In this document: in pieces, positions 62,975 through 64,000 of the stretch
Numbering within the stretch: the stretch's first letter is position 1
Layout of the letters: each line of letters begins with the position of its first letter
Assembly: GCA_002269645.1 (NCBI GenBank)
Contig: NIVC01003218.1
Location: 1 to 64,000, forward strand
Length of the DNA: 64,000 nt
Direction: 5' to 3'
Source: Macrostomum lignano
Taxonomy: Eukaryota
Translations under genes and position numbers: made by a program
Notes under the pieces: model-generated
Told to the model about the DNA's origin: nothing
The model's input: only the letters and a program-made list of their open reading frames with translations
The model's database searches: none

Positions 62975-63313
62975 TCAACTGCTGTTGCAGCCGTCCGTGG
63001 CGCAGACGCGAATGCTCTTGAGTTCGTACCAGCTCCACATGTCCTCCATGGGCGGCTCGATGGACTCAACGCAGGCCCGGAGCACCTGGCCGCGCGTCAC
63101 GGGCCAGTCGAACAGCTCGCGGATCGCTCGTTCCCCGGTGCCCGTTAGGCGGCCCCGGAAGCAGAAGTCGGAGCCGGAGTCGCAGGTCTTGTACTCGTGA
63201 GTCCAGGCGCCATCCGCTGTGGCTGGCGGCTGGCTCACCTGGCACCTTCGCGCTCCGGCGATGGTTGCTAGGGCCAGGAGGCACAGCAGGTGCACTGTCT
63301 GCATGGACTGCAT
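62975..63313 (-). CDS. Small secreted Cys-rich protein, Ly6/uPAR (three-finger)-like, 112 aa
   Basis: Signal peptide MQSMQTVHLLCLLALATIAGA, six mature Cys, C-terminal C-ATDG-CN motif followed by a stop (no GPI signal). Confidence 0.62.
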   Translation of the reverse strand: MQSMQTVHLLCLLALATIAGARRCQVSQPPATADGAWTHEYKTCDSGSDFCFRGRLTGTGERAIRELFDWPVTRGQVLRACVESIEPPMEDMWSWYELKSIRVCATDGCNSS

Positions 63314-64000
63314 TAGAAATCGAATGCTCTGATTGAGTTGGGCTTGCGTGAAGCGGTCGGAGATGCCCGTGATGGCCTTTGGCTGACTCGGCTGCAATTC
63401 CAATGGAGAAATGCCGTATTTAGCCGGCCCCGACAGCGAACCCCGCCCGGCGACCAATCAAATCTGCTGTTGTCCAAAACGGAACAAAATTTAAGGAAAA
63501 AAAGAAATTCTCATGCGACTCCACCCGACCCCCCCCCCCCCTACTGACAGCGGGCGCTTCAGTTGCATCGATTTCCGTCGGAGAGAATTTTCACAATTGA
63601 CTCGTTTGCGAGGGAGACTCTGTTAAAGGCAACGGGGGGGATTTTCAATCGATGGAGCCCGGCAGAAGCGGAAGCTGCGAAGCGTAAAATCCCCCCCCCC
63701 TGCTGATGCCAATCGCAAAATTTTATTTCGGAACTCTTGAGCTGGTTTTGAAGGCTGCCCAACCTGGAACAACGTTGATCTGCGCGTTGATTCGGCGACA
63801 CAAACTTGAGGATTAGCAACTTCCCCCCCCCCGGCTTACCTGGCGGTTGCTGGGCGGTTGTCAAGCGCGCACTCCCTGGGTTATTTGGAGCGGGTAGGCT
63901 CGGAGAGAGTGAGAAAGCAGCGAGCGAGTGAGTGGGAGCCTGAGAAGTCGCGGGCAGGGACTTAAATAGAAGGCTTTGACCAGGGAGTTTTGGACGCAGC

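Overview
Eukaryotic (metazoan) genomic DNA, not prokaryotic: spliced genes with GT-AG introns, GC-rich exons, and roughly 30% of the window (about 19 kb by my hand tally) in some 35 tandem-repeat arrays. The style resembles the flatworm Macrostomum, but that is inference only. Genes reconstructed by hand from splice sites and reading phase: intronless DCP1 (+); an orphan helical-repeat/membrane protein (-); a strongly degenerate POMGNT1-like GT13 glycosyltransferase (+); a secreted 16-EGF protein (+); beta-tubulin (+) with an RFX X-box; an intronless single-pass Tyr-rich/PY-motif membrane protein (-); a 14-exon HUNK-like AMPK-related kinase (-); a DEG/ENaC channel (+) with a probable GC-AG intron; and a small secreted Ly6/three-finger-like protein (-). 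Mobile DNA: a DD34D mariner with perfect TIRs but a broken transposase, a Harbinger-like MITE, a Tc1/IS630-like TIR element, tRNA-derived SINE heads, and microsatellite-bearing Helitron-like pieces. Most interesting: (1) most large introns carry their own minisatellite, and one array is visibly an amplification of the inner end of a transposon TIR, suggesting a route for their birth; (2) the POMGNT1 homolog appears to lack its catalytic base and most stem-lectin residues; (3) two extra in-frame exons lie in the kinase intron between the kinase and UBA domains; (4) the DEG/ENaC has PG instead of HG and a GWS filter. All family calls rest on recalled motifs; no database search was run.
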